From an uncultured Gemmatimonadaceae bacterium (GTDB taxonomy: Bacteria > Gemmatimonadota > Gemmatimonadetes > Gemmatimonadales > Gemmatimonadaceae): a DNA stretch of 64,000 nt. This document shows positions 41,339 through 50,002 of this stretch, piece after piece (position 1 is the first letter of the stretch; every line of letters starts with the position of its first letter). The notes under the pieces are model-generated. The model was not told the origin of the DNA. It saw only the letters and a list, made by a program, of their open reading frames with translations, and ran no database searches. A program made the position numbers and the translations under genes. The stretch lies in assembly GCA_963716745.1 (NCBI GenBank), contig OY970320.1, positions 2,912,001 to 2,976,000 on the forward strand, given 5' to 3'.

Positions 41339-42034
41339 ATGCGGAAGTCTGAGGATTGCAGCACTCGCGGGGCGGTCGCAGCGATGGGATTCGCCGCACC
41401 GGTGCGCGCGCAGAATACGTTCGAAGGCGTCATCGAGTTCAGGTTCCTGGGAAAGGATTCCATGACCATGACCCAGACGAGCAAGGGGAACATGGTACGG
41501 ATGGACGTGCACGGAAAAGAGAGTATGCCGATCGCGATGTTGTACGATAGTAAGGCGAACACCATGACGATGGTCATGTACAATCAGAAGATGTACATGG
41601 TGAATCCCATGCCGTCGCTCGATTCCGTGCTCGCGAGCCACAACCGCAAGGTCTCCTTCACCAAGACGGGGCAGACGGAGACGGTAGCCGGTGTGAGCTG
41701 CACGATCTACAAGGGCTCCAGCACGGACGCCAATGGCAAGGTGCGCGAGGGACAGGCATGTCTGGCGAAGGGCGTCGGCTTCATGATCTTCCAGTCGATG
41801 AACCGCGGACGTGGCGGACCCCAGGGCTCGATGGCGGAGATGTTCCGGGAACTGGCCGCGCAGGATCTCCATGCGATCAAAATGTGGAGCATGAAGGACG
41901 GCCAGATGGTGCCGGAGATCGAAGCGGTGTCGATCGAGAAGAAGTCGGTGCCCAGCTCGACGTTCGAGATCCCGTCGGACTTCAAGAAGATGGACATGCC
42001 CGCCGGCATGGGCGGCATGCCGACGAAGCCTTAA
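41339..42034 (+). CDS. DUF4412-like exported protein
   Basis: Signal peptide (probable compensating indels), FEGVIEF, KTGQTETVAGVSCTIY, FEIPSDFKKM. Confidence 0.8.
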   Translation: MRKSEDCSTRGAVAAMGFAAPVRAQNTFEGVIEFRFLGKDSMTMTQTSKGNMVRMDVHGKESMPIAMLYDSKANTMTMVMYNQKMYMVNPMPSLDSVLASHNRKVSFTKTGQTETVAGVSCTIYKGSSTDANGKVREGQACLAKGVGFMIFQSMNRGRGGPQGSMAEMFRELAAQDLHAIKMWSMKDGQMVPEIEAVSIEKKSVPSSTFEIPSDFKKMDMPAGMGGMPTKP

Positions 42035-42156
42035 CTACAGACTTAGACTCTAGACTTAGACTCTAGAAGACGGATGTGAGATGTCGGAAAGCCAACGGGG
42101 GGCGCGGCCGAAAGCCGCGCCCCCCGTTGCGTATTCTCAGTCTAAAGTCTGTCGTT
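42033..42156. repeat. Foldback element with AGACT repeats enclosing a bidirectional terminator-like hairpin (42093-42129)
   Basis: Begins AACTAC-AGACTTAGACTCTAGACTTAGACTCT, ends AGTCTAAAGTCT-GTCGTT; overlaps both stop codons; perfect 16-bp GC stem inside. Confidence 0.8.
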
Positions 42157-42670
42157 ATTTCGCCAACGGAATGACCTTCGTCCGCTGCATCTCCAGCATC
42201 GCGTCGAGCTTGTTCTCGATCTGGAAGTACCGCGCGACCTGCATCCACGGCACCGCCGCGGCGAACTTCGGCACGTACGACACGCGCAGGTCCATCTGCG
42301 CCTTCCGCGACGCCATCCACGAACCCATCAGGTTCTGCGCAACGCTGTCGTTCATCGTCTTGTAGTTCTCGGCGTACTTCTGGATGGTCATCCACTCGCT
42401 GTCCATCGCCTTCTTCATGTCGGCGCGATAGGCATCGTACACCGGCCAGAACTTGGTCGCCTGGTCGGACGTCAGGTTCATGTTCAGCGCCACGGTCTGC
42501 TTGCGCGCGGCGGCGACTTCCATCCGCATCGTGTCGATGGCGGCGGAGACCTGCGCCTGCGTAGGGGCGGCTGGCGCGGAAGCCGGCGCGGCCGGCGTCA
42601 TCGCTTGCGCCGAGGCGCCCGCGGCGGAGACGAACATTAGCGCGAATGCGCTCACGGTACGACGGATCAT
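42155..42670 (-). CDS. Exported helical protein (Spy/CpxP-like pattern)
   Basis: Signal peptide ASAQA; MNLTSDQATKFWPVYDAY..YFQIENK. Confidence 0.8.
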   Translation of the reverse strand: MIRRTVSAFALMFVSAAGASAQAMTPAAPASAPAAPTQAQVSAAIDTMRMEVAAARKQTVALNMNLTSDQATKFWPVYDAYRADMKKAMDSEWMTIQKYAENYKTMNDSVAQNLMGSWMASRKAQMDLRVSYVPKFAAAVPWMQVARYFQIENKLDAMLEMQRTKVIPLAK

Positions 42671-42768
42671 TTGACGCCTCTCAATGGTTGAAGTTCGACG
42701 GGAGGCGCGCGATGGGACCTGATCCGTTTCCGCGCGCCGTAGCCATTAAAACTAGCTTACCTTTCCAT

Positions 42769-44361
42769 ATGGCTGCAACCCGCGCCGAGCGGCGCTTGCT
42801 CGCGACGGTGCTCCTGTCGCTCTCCGCCGGTGCGCTGGCAGGGCAGGGCAGCCCGCCCGATCCACTCGTGATCCGCGGCATCGCGATCGAGACCCACCGG
42901 ATCTTCGATTCGGCCGAGGCCACGAGCGCGTTCTACCGCACCATGAACTCGCTGCACAGCACCACACGCCCGTACGTCATTGAGCAGCAACTGCTGTTCA
43001 AAGTGGGCCAGCGCTGGGACACGGCGCTCGTGCGCGAGACCGCGCGCAATCTGCGCGCGCTCGGGCTCTTCCGCCTCGTCACGATCGACAGCATCGCCAC
43101 CGATTCCGGGTTGATCGCGCGCGTGATCACGCAGGATGCCTGGACGTTCGGCATCGTCTTCACGATCAAGGCGAGCGGCTCGCAGATCGGTTACGCGATC
43201 GGATTCAACGACCGCAACGTGCTCGGCAGCGGCACGCAGTTCCAGATGCAGTACGGCAAGAACCCGGACCGTGACTCGCTCATGTTCGGCGCGTCGCGCG
43301 AGTTCTTCCTCGGCACGCCGTACGACGCGGCGATCAACTACAACCGGCTCTCCGACGGTCAGACCGGGTGGGCGACCTTCGGTCTTCCGTTCCGCACGCT
43401 CGAGTCCACGCGCGGGTGGACACTGGGCTCACAGCTCTACAATGGGCGCATCCTGCTGTTCTATGGGGGCGACACGGTCGCGCAGGATACGATGCGCCGC
43501 AGCTTCCAATTGTACTCGCTGAATCCCGCGATCTCGCTGCAGTCCAGCAACGCGGGATATCTGCGGCTGGGGCTCTACGGCCAGATCGAGCGCAACGATT
43601 TCCAACAGTACTCGCTGCCCGCGAGCGAGATCCCCAGCACCATTACGGCCGCATTCGGACCGTACCTCTCGTTCTCGCGGCCGACGTTCGAGCACACGCG
43701 ATACTACCAGGCCGGCGGGCGCCGGGAGGATCTGCAGCTCGGGTTCACCGGAACGTTCGGAGTGGGATTCGCGCCGGCCCAGTGGGGCTACGGGACGACC
43801 GGCGTCTCGCCGACGCTGTTCGGGACCTACTACGCTCGTATCGGTGCCGCGATCGTCGAAGAGTCGCTGTCGGTCACGTCGCTCTACTCGAGGAACGGAC
43901 TCGACTCCGGCACGGTGTTCGCGTCGGTCACCGCCTTCTGGCAGCCCACGGAGACGCAGCTGCTCATCGGCTACCTGGGCGGCGGCGCGCAGAAGAACGG
44001 ATATCCCGGCGAGAACTGGGACCTCGGATTCGGCTACGCCGTGCGCGCCTTCCCGCAACATTCCTTCACCGGCGATCGCGTATACATGATGGACGCGGAA
44101 TATCGCTGGTTCTTCGCGCCGGACGTGGTCCGATTATTCGCGGTAGGAATGGGCGTCTTCGTGGACCATGCCGGCGCCTGGTACGCGGGTTCTCCGGTGC
44201 GCTCAGGGACCGACGCCGGATTCGGGCTGCGCTTCGCGTCGATCACCGGCAATCCGGGCTACGTCATGCGCGCCGATGTCGCCTACCGGTGGGCCAATTC
44301 GGCGCTGCCGGGCGGCTGGGTGTTCACGTTCGGGAAAGGATTCGTGTGGCAGTTATTCTAA
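42769..44361 (+). CDS. Omp85/BamA-TamA family outer-membrane protein with one POTRA-like domain
   Basis: Signal peptide, TRPYVIEQQLLFKVG..ETARNLRALGLF, NVLGSG, VRAF, terminal Phe. Confidence 0.85.
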   Translation: MAATRAERRLLATVLLSLSAGALAGQGSPPDPLVIRGIAIETHRIFDSAEATSAFYRTMNSLHSTTRPYVIEQQLLFKVGQRWDTALVRETARNLRALGLFRLVTIDSIATDSGLIARVITQDAWTFGIVFTIKASGSQIGYAIGFNDRNVLGSGTQFQMQYGKNPDRDSLMFGASREFFLGTPYDAAINYNRLSDGQTGWATFGLPFRTLESTRGWTLGSQLYNGRILLFYGGDTVAQDTMRRSFQLYSLNPAISLQSSNAGYLRLGLYGQIERNDFQQYSLPASEIPSTITAAFGPYLSFSRPTFEHTRYYQAGGRREDLQLGFTGTFGVGFAPAQWGYGTTGVSPTLFGTYYARIGAAIVEESLSVTSLYSRNGLDSGTVFASVTAFWQPTETQLLIGYLGGGAQKNGYPGENWDLGFGYAVRAFPQHSFTGDRVYMMDAEYRWFFAPDVVRLFAVGMGVFVDHAGAWYAGSPVRSGTDAGFGLRFASITGNPGYVMRADVAYRWANSALPGGWVFTFGKGFVWQLF

Positions 44362-44363
44362 AC

Positions 44364-44461
44364 AACTGCTTGGACAGGATTAACATGATTGGCATGATGA
44401 ACGGCGTGCGCGCGCCGATGCCGTTCATCATGCCAATCATGTTAATCCTGTCAATGCAGTT
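44364..44461. repeat. Foldback element, family C, perfect 33-bp arms
   Basis: GACAGGATTAACATGATTGGCATGATGAACGGC (44373-44405) equals the reverse complement of 44420-44452; bounded by AACTGC and GCAGTT. Confidence 0.93.
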
Positions 44462-46808
44462 TCTCGACAGCTGCCAGACTAGTCGTCGGCTTCGGCTTCG
44501 CGAGACTCATGTATGCGTTCGCCAGATCGCGGTCGTCAGGATGTTTCTGCAGCGCGAAGGCGAGCACATCCTTCGCCTCCTGCACGCGGCCGAGTTGCTG
44601 CAGGCCCAATGCGTACACGAGCGCGAAGCGCGCCGATTCGGGAGAGAGCTTGGCGGCGGCGGCGAGATGGCCGATCGCGACGTCCATCCGCTTCTCGCGC
44701 ACGTAGGTCAGACCGAGCGCGTACTCGAGTTCCGCGCCCTGGCCCTTGGGTGCGCGCGCGAGTCCGTCCTTCAAGATCCGTTCGGCCGCCTCGTTGTTCC
44801 CTTGTTGGCGCGCGAGGTCGGCGAAGTTCACGTACGTCGCGATGAGCGAAGGATTCAGGTTGAGCGCGGCTTGGTACTCGAGCGCCGCGGAATCGAGATG
44901 GCCCGTCTCCGCGAAATATGCTCCGAGATTGAGCCTGGCCTCGGCGCGATCCGAATTGACGCGCTGCTCCTCGCGGTACTCCGCGATCGCCGCGTTGAAC
45001 GCGGCGAGTTGCTCCGGCTGGAACGATGCGGGCGGCGCGCCGGCGAGCGCGCGGGCGGCGTCCACGCGCACCAGGCGCGACGGATCGGTGAGCATCGGCG
45101 CGAGCATGTTCACGCGCTCGTTCATCGGGATCGGCGACGTCGCTTCGACCGCGGCATCGCGCACGAGCGGGTCGGAGTCGGCGAGGGCCTCCTGGACGTC
45201 CGTGACCGTTTGTCGCGATGGGAAACGCGCGAGCAGATCGACCGCCGTCGCGCGGAAGATCGCTGGCGCGGACGAATCCTGCGCGAGCGCGCCGAGCACC
45301 ACCGCGGCGCCGCGCGACGCCCGGTGCCCCTGATCGATCGCCGCGGCATACGCGGGCACGCCGGTGCGCTTGGGCCACCATTTCGCGAACGCGTCCGCCG
45401 CCCACTTGTCGGTCTGTTTCGCGTGGCACCCGGTGCACGCGTTGGGCGTGCCGAGTACTAGCGACACGTCGGGTCGCGGCACGCGGATGCTGTGATCGTG
45501 CCGCGCGTGCACCACCATGTAATCGCGCGTGGGCATGTGACAGCTCACGCAGCTCGCGCCCGCGCTGCCGGCCGCGTGGTGCGTGTGCGACGGAGAAGCG
45601 AACACGGCCGGCGTGTGACACCGCGCGCAGACGTTGTCTACCGGTGGAGCGATCGTCGCGCGATGCGGGTCGTGACAGTCGGTGCAGGTCACGCCCGCGT
45701 GATACATGCGGCTCTCGCGGAACGAAGCATACTCGTACACCTCATCCCGGATCTGCCCGTCGGCGAAGAACCCGTTCTCGGTGAGGAGCGACGGGCGGTG
45801 CGTGTCGGTGAGCGGACGCCCAGGCGTATAGTGGTTGGCGAGCACCGAGCGCCGCGAATGACAGCGCGCGCACATCTCCAATTCAGCGCTCGAGGTGCGC
45901 GCGGTGCTGCGGCGCGCCAGTCCGGTGACCGTGTCGCGGATCCAGGTGGCGGGTACCGAGTCGCGCAGCTGCACGATGAGTCCATCGTCACGCCCGGACT
46001 TGGGCGTCTTGCCCGCCGCCACCGTCTGCGCCCACTCGAGGTGCGCTGAGCCGGGGCCATGGCACGCCTCACACGAGACGTTCACTTCGGAGAACGTGGT
46101 GTGATATCCGCCGGTGGCGGGATCGTAGCCCTTCGCGACGTTCGTGGAGTGGCACTCCGCGCACATGAAGTTCCAGTTCTGGTACGGACCGGTCCAATGG
46201 AGGATGTCGTCGTGCGCCATCGCCTCCTTGGGATAGAGATGGAACCATCGCTGCCCGCCGTCGCGCGCTGGCCGCGTGTCCCACACCACGTTCAGCGCTT
46301 GATATCGGCCGCCGGGGAACGCGATGAGATACTGCTGCAACGGGAAGACGCCGAACGTGTACGCGATCTCGTAATCGGTGAGTTTCCCGTCGGGCCCGTC
46401 GGTGCGCACGAAGTACTTGCCGTCGCGCGTCGAGAACGAGGTCGTCACGCCGAAATGCGTGTACGAGGTGCCGTTGAAGTCGCCCAGCACCGTGCCCGAT
46501 GTCGCGGGTTGCATCGCCAGATCGTGGTGCGAGCCCTTCCAGAGCGAATCTTCTTTCGCGTGACAGGAGGCGCACACAGCGCGGCCGACAAATCTCGGCT
46601 CGGCGGCCGTGGCGTTGCGGCTGCGCGACCACGATGGATGCGAGCCGTAGCGCCAGAGGGCCGCGCCGCCGAGCAGCACGACGACCGCCGCGACGGCGGC
46701 GGCGAGCGGCAGCCAGCTCGGCGATGGAGTCGCCGGACTCGCCGAGGACGCGGCGGAGGCGGCCGGCGTCGTACGCGCGCCGCGTTTCTTCTTCCCGGAG
46801 CGGCTCAC
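44451..46808 (-). CDS. Octaheme c-type cytochrome with HEAT and TPR repeats, N-terminal membrane anchor
   Basis: 8 CxxCH motifs (CASCH, CAECH, CEACH, CARCH, CTDCH, CARCH, CVSCH, CTGCH); DPLVR/RLVR HEAT; C-terminal TPRs. Confidence 0.92.
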   Translation of the reverse strand: MSRSGKKKRGARTTPAASAASSASPATPSPSWLPLAAAVAAVVVLLGGAALWRYGSHPSWSRSRNATAAEPRFVGRAVCASCHAKEDSLWKGSHHDLAMQPATSGTVLGDFNGTSYTHFGVTTSFSTRDGKYFVRTDGPDGKLTDYEIAYTFGVFPLQQYLIAFPGGRYQALNVVWDTRPARDGGQRWFHLYPKEAMAHDDILHWTGPYQNWNFMCAECHSTNVAKGYDPATGGYHTTFSEVNVSCEACHGPGSAHLEWAQTVAAGKTPKSGRDDGLIVQLRDSVPATWIRDTVTGLARRSTARTSSAELEMCARCHSRRSVLANHYTPGRPLTDTHRPSLLTENGFFADGQIRDEVYEYASFRESRMYHAGVTCTDCHDPHRATIAPPVDNVCARCHTPAVFASPSHTHHAAGSAGASCVSCHMPTRDYMVVHARHDHSIRVPRPDVSLVLGTPNACTGCHAKQTDKWAADAFAKWWPKRTGVPAYAAAIDQGHRASRGAAVVLGALAQDSSAPAIFRATAVDLLARFPSRQTVTDVQEALADSDPLVRDAAVEATSPIPMNERVNMLAPMLTDPSRLVRVDAARALAGAPPASFQPEQLAAFNAAIAEYREEQRVNSDRAEARLNLGAYFAETGHLDSAALEYQAALNLNPSLIATYVNFADLARQQGNNEAAERILKDGLARAPKGQGAELEYALGLTYVREKRMDVAIGHLAAAAKLSPESARFALVYALGLQQLGRVQEAKDVLAFALQKHPDDRDLANAYMSLAKPKPTTSLAAVEKLH

Positions 46809-46809
46809 G

Positions 46810-47565
46810 TCAGTTCGAGTACACGAGCGTGATTCCGAGGGCGTTAATGAAAGCGGGCGCGCCCTGCCAATTCACCTGGCGACCATAGTAGATCTCGCTG
46901 CTGAGGCGCCGCACGACTGGCAATTCGAATCCAGCCTCCATCTTCACAGCGGTCCAATTCGAATTCTGCAGGGAGTAGAACCATTCGCTGTTCACGAATG
47001 GCGTGACCGAGTAGTGGGCGAAGTCCACGGTGTACTCGCCGTAGATGCGGTTCCGATACCGCGTGGACCAGTCGCCGTCGGTCCAGCGCCAGTCGAATCC
47101 GTTCCGGTCGGTGACGACGAACTGGCCGAACCGGCGATTGATCGAGAATTCCGCGAGGATCCGGTTCTGCACTTGCCCGTTGGACGGGCCATTCACCGTC
47201 TCGGAATAGCGATACCCCACGCGAAGGAGTGCCGGGCGATAGCGATCCTCGACGAGGCTCGCCGCCCCGAAGATCCCGCCGAACACCGGTCTCGCCTTCA
47301 AGAAGAGATCGAAATTCGCGCCATACTGCACATTATCCGCCTCGCGGTCTCCGCCGAACGCGCCGAGCGCTTGCAAGAAGATCCGCATGTGATCGTTCAG
47401 CTGGTGGAAGTAGTCGATCTCGGGCCACCACTGCTCCACCGTCTGCGGCGCCACGGACTGAGCGCGGAGCGGATTCGCCACTATCGCGGTCGCGAAGAGA
47501 AGAACAGGGACACCACGGCGGATATTCACGCCCAGAAGGTAGCGCCGCGCATTTTCGCGTGCCAT
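46810..47565 (-). CDS. DUF2490-like outer-membrane beta-barrel protein
   Basis: Signal peptide, alternating aromatic strands, RYRNR and PFVNSEWFY motifs. Confidence 0.75.
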   Translation of the reverse strand: MARENARRYLLGVNIRRGVPVLLFATAIVANPLRAQSVAPQTVEQWWPEIDYFHQLNDHMRIFLQALGAFGGDREADNVQYGANFDLFLKARPVFGGIFGAASLVEDRYRPALLRVGYRYSETVNGPSNGQVQNRILAEFSINRRFGQFVVTDRNGFDWRWTDGDWSTRYRNRIYGEYTVDFAHYSVTPFVNSEWFYSLQNSNWTAVKMEAGFELPVVRRLSSEIYYGRQVNWQGAPAFINALGITLVYSN

Positions 47566-47617
47566 CCGCGCGACGCGAGCACGGCTCCGGCGAGCTCGGA
47601 GCCGTGCTCAGATCCCG

Positions 47618-49759
47618 CTATGGCCGGCCGCGGCCGCCGCCGCCGCTGCGCGGCGCGGATCGCGTCGTGCCGCCCGATCGTGCGTTATTGTAGCTCTGCG
47701 TTTTCTGCTGGCCGTGCTGGCGGTTCTGCTGCGTGCGGTTCACGTCACTGTTGCGCGTGCCGCTGTTCTGCCACTGGCCGCCTTTGTTCTGCTGCACCTG
47801 ATTGCCGTTCTGGCGATAGACGTTCCCGTCCTTGCCCGCCACGACGTTGTTCGGCCGGCCGGACGCAGGTTTCCCCGACGGCATCGTCCCCGCGGTAGGC
47901 TGCGTCACGCGTCCCGTGTTACCGGGCTGCCGGTACATGTTGTTCCCGCCGTACGGCGTCGGACGTGCGCCGCCCGCGCCCGGACGCGCGCCGCCCGCCG
48001 AGCCGTAGCCCGGGCGGTTGCCATACCCGGGATAGCCTCCGCCATATCCCGGACGGTATCCGGGATAGCCGCCATATGGCGGACGATAGTATGGCGGCGG
48101 ATACGGAGGCCGGCCGTACGGTCCATACCAGCCACCGTAGCGCGGTCCGCCCACCACGATGCCGACGTGCATGAAGGGGGTGCTGTAGCCGAACCCGACG
48201 GTGAAGCCGGTCCACGGATTGTAGCGGACGGCTACTCCGTACGTGACCGGACGCGGGTAGTAGACGTACGGCGAGACGTACGGCGGATAGTACCACCCGG
48301 TGCCGTACACGATCGTGCCATAGTACGGATACATGCCCACGTAGCCCGGCGTGTAGCCGACGTACACCACCTGCGGCGTCGACTGATAGACCTCCACGTA
48401 CTTCGTGTTATACACGGGCGAGCTGGGCGGGATGGTCTGGACCGCCTTGGGCACGGAATCGCTCACCGTCCACGGACCGATCGGGCCGATCGATGAGAAC
48501 CACACCGCGTTGTCGCATGCGTAGTAGATCCCGTCGATCTTGAGCACCTGCGTCTGCGTGTTGGTGGCGTAACTGACGCTCGTGCCGGGGATCGCCTCGA
48601 ACTTCGGGTCGCCGTCGTATGACACCGTGAGCTTCGCCGTCGCGCGGTCGATCGCGGCCGTCTGCGGGATCTGCGCATCGAGCAACGCATCGGTGGCCTG
48701 CTCGGTGCCCGGCACGGAGGCGAGCACATCCGCTTGCGACGAGGCGGGTGGGATCTTCGCGAACACCGCGGGCAACGAATCCGGCCGCACGAACGTCCAC
48801 GGTCCGCTGAACGACGAGGCGCGGAACCAGCGGCCGGACAGCAGCACATATGTCTGCTGGTCCGCGAGCAACTTGAACACATTGCGATCGGTGTTGGTCA
48901 CGTACAGCAGATCGACGCCGGTGACCGGCGACCATTTCGGTTCGCCCTGGAAGACGATGAGTTCCGTGGGTTTCGTCGCCACGATGATCTTCGGTGGCCC
49001 GCTGGGCGGCGCGCTATCGCGCTGCAGCGAATCGGGCACGAGTGCTTTCACCGCCGCGGGCGGCGTCTTGATGCTCGTCCACGGACCGAGCGCCGCGCTC
49101 GCGGAATACCAGATCGGACCGCCATTCAGATAGAACGTGTTGTTGGCGGTGTCGCGCACGACGAACATCGGCGTATTCACGGCGCGTTCGAAGCCGGTGC
49201 CGCGCATCCCCTGGAGGATCGGATCTCCGGCGTAGAGTAGCAGCGCCGCGGGCACGTTCGAGAAGAGGACCACCGGCGGCTCGGTGTTCAGACTGTCGGC
49301 CGAGCGTTGCTCGGTGGCGGCGTCGGCGAGGCTGGTCTGGAATCGGTCGAGCGCGATCGTGAACGTCCACTTGGTGATGAGCGGATTCACGACCGTCCGG
49401 AACTTCGTTTCCTGCTCCGGCGTGCTGCCCGGGAAGCGCACATTGGACACCACCACCTGGTCGATGGACACGATGCGCGTGTCCTTGTCGGTTTGCGCGC
49501 GCGAGCTGAACCACACGACGCCGAACACGGGCGTCTTGCCCGTGAGCGTCACCGCGACCGCGGAGCGCGCCGCGAGCGCGATGCCGTTGAGCGACTCTGG
49601 TTGCGGCTGGTAGATCACGATCTTCGCGGAATCGGTGTCGAGTTCTCGCGGCCAGCCAATGTCGTAGGTCTGTGCGGAGGAGAGCGATGAGACGGCGACG
49701 AGGCCGAGGGTGGCAAAGAGGGCCGCGAGGTATTTCCGTGGCTCCATCTGGATCGACAT
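47618..49759 (-). CDS. Large exported protein with Tyr/Pro/Gly-rich and Gln/Asn-rich low-complexity tail
   Basis: Signal peptide; GWPR..IYQPQ, YVLLSGRWF, VYVGYTPGY, DGNVYR motifs. Confidence 0.8.
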   Translation of the reverse strand: MSIQMEPRKYLAALFATLGLVAVSSLSSAQTYDIGWPRELDTDSAKIVIYQPQPESLNGIALAARSAVAVTLTGKTPVFGVVWFSSRAQTDKDTRIVSIDQVVVSNVRFPGSTPEQETKFRTVVNPLITKWTFTIALDRFQTSLADAATEQRSADSLNTEPPVVLFSNVPAALLLYAGDPILQGMRGTGFERAVNTPMFVVRDTANNTFYLNGGPIWYSASAALGPWTSIKTPPAAVKALVPDSLQRDSAPPSGPPKIIVATKPTELIVFQGEPKWSPVTGVDLLYVTNTDRNVFKLLADQQTYVLLSGRWFRASSFSGPWTFVRPDSLPAVFAKIPPASSQADVLASVPGTEQATDALLDAQIPQTAAIDRATAKLTVSYDGDPKFEAIPGTSVSYATNTQTQVLKIDGIYYACDNAVWFSSIGPIGPWTVSDSVPKAVQTIPPSSPVYNTKYVEVYQSTPQVVYVGYTPGYVGMYPYYGTIVYGTGWYYPPYVSPYVYYPRPVTYGVAVRYNPWTGFTVGFGYSTPFMHVGIVVGGPRYGGWYGPYGRPPYPPPYYRPPYGGYPGYRPGYGGGYPGYGNRPGYGSAGGARPGAGGARPTPYGGNNMYRQPGNTGRVTQPTAGTMPSGKPASGRPNNVVAGKDGNVYRQNGNQVQQNKGGQWQNSGTRNSDVNRTQQNRQHGQQKTQSYNNARSGGTTRSAPRSGGGGRGRP

Positions 49760-50002
49760 GCGGGTGCTCTCCAGGCTCGTGAGTGGGGGCCACCGGCGAG
49801 GGCGGGCCAGACTTCTAAACTACTGGGCGTGGTACCCCACGCAACGGGCGCGGTGCCTCGAACGCGTAGGTCTTAGGTACAACGACCTGCGCTCGAAACA
49901 AACGTGCTGAGTCGTAACGCCGGGCGCCGGCCACTCGTCGAGTACTGAAGGGGGAAACCCCCGTTCCGCACCAGCGGAGCGCTCCCGCACGTCGGCCCAC
50001 GA

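Noticed and set aside
40972..41583. 203-aa minus-strand ORF
   Set aside because: Antisense to the GxxExxY remnant and the DUF4412-like gene, both better supported
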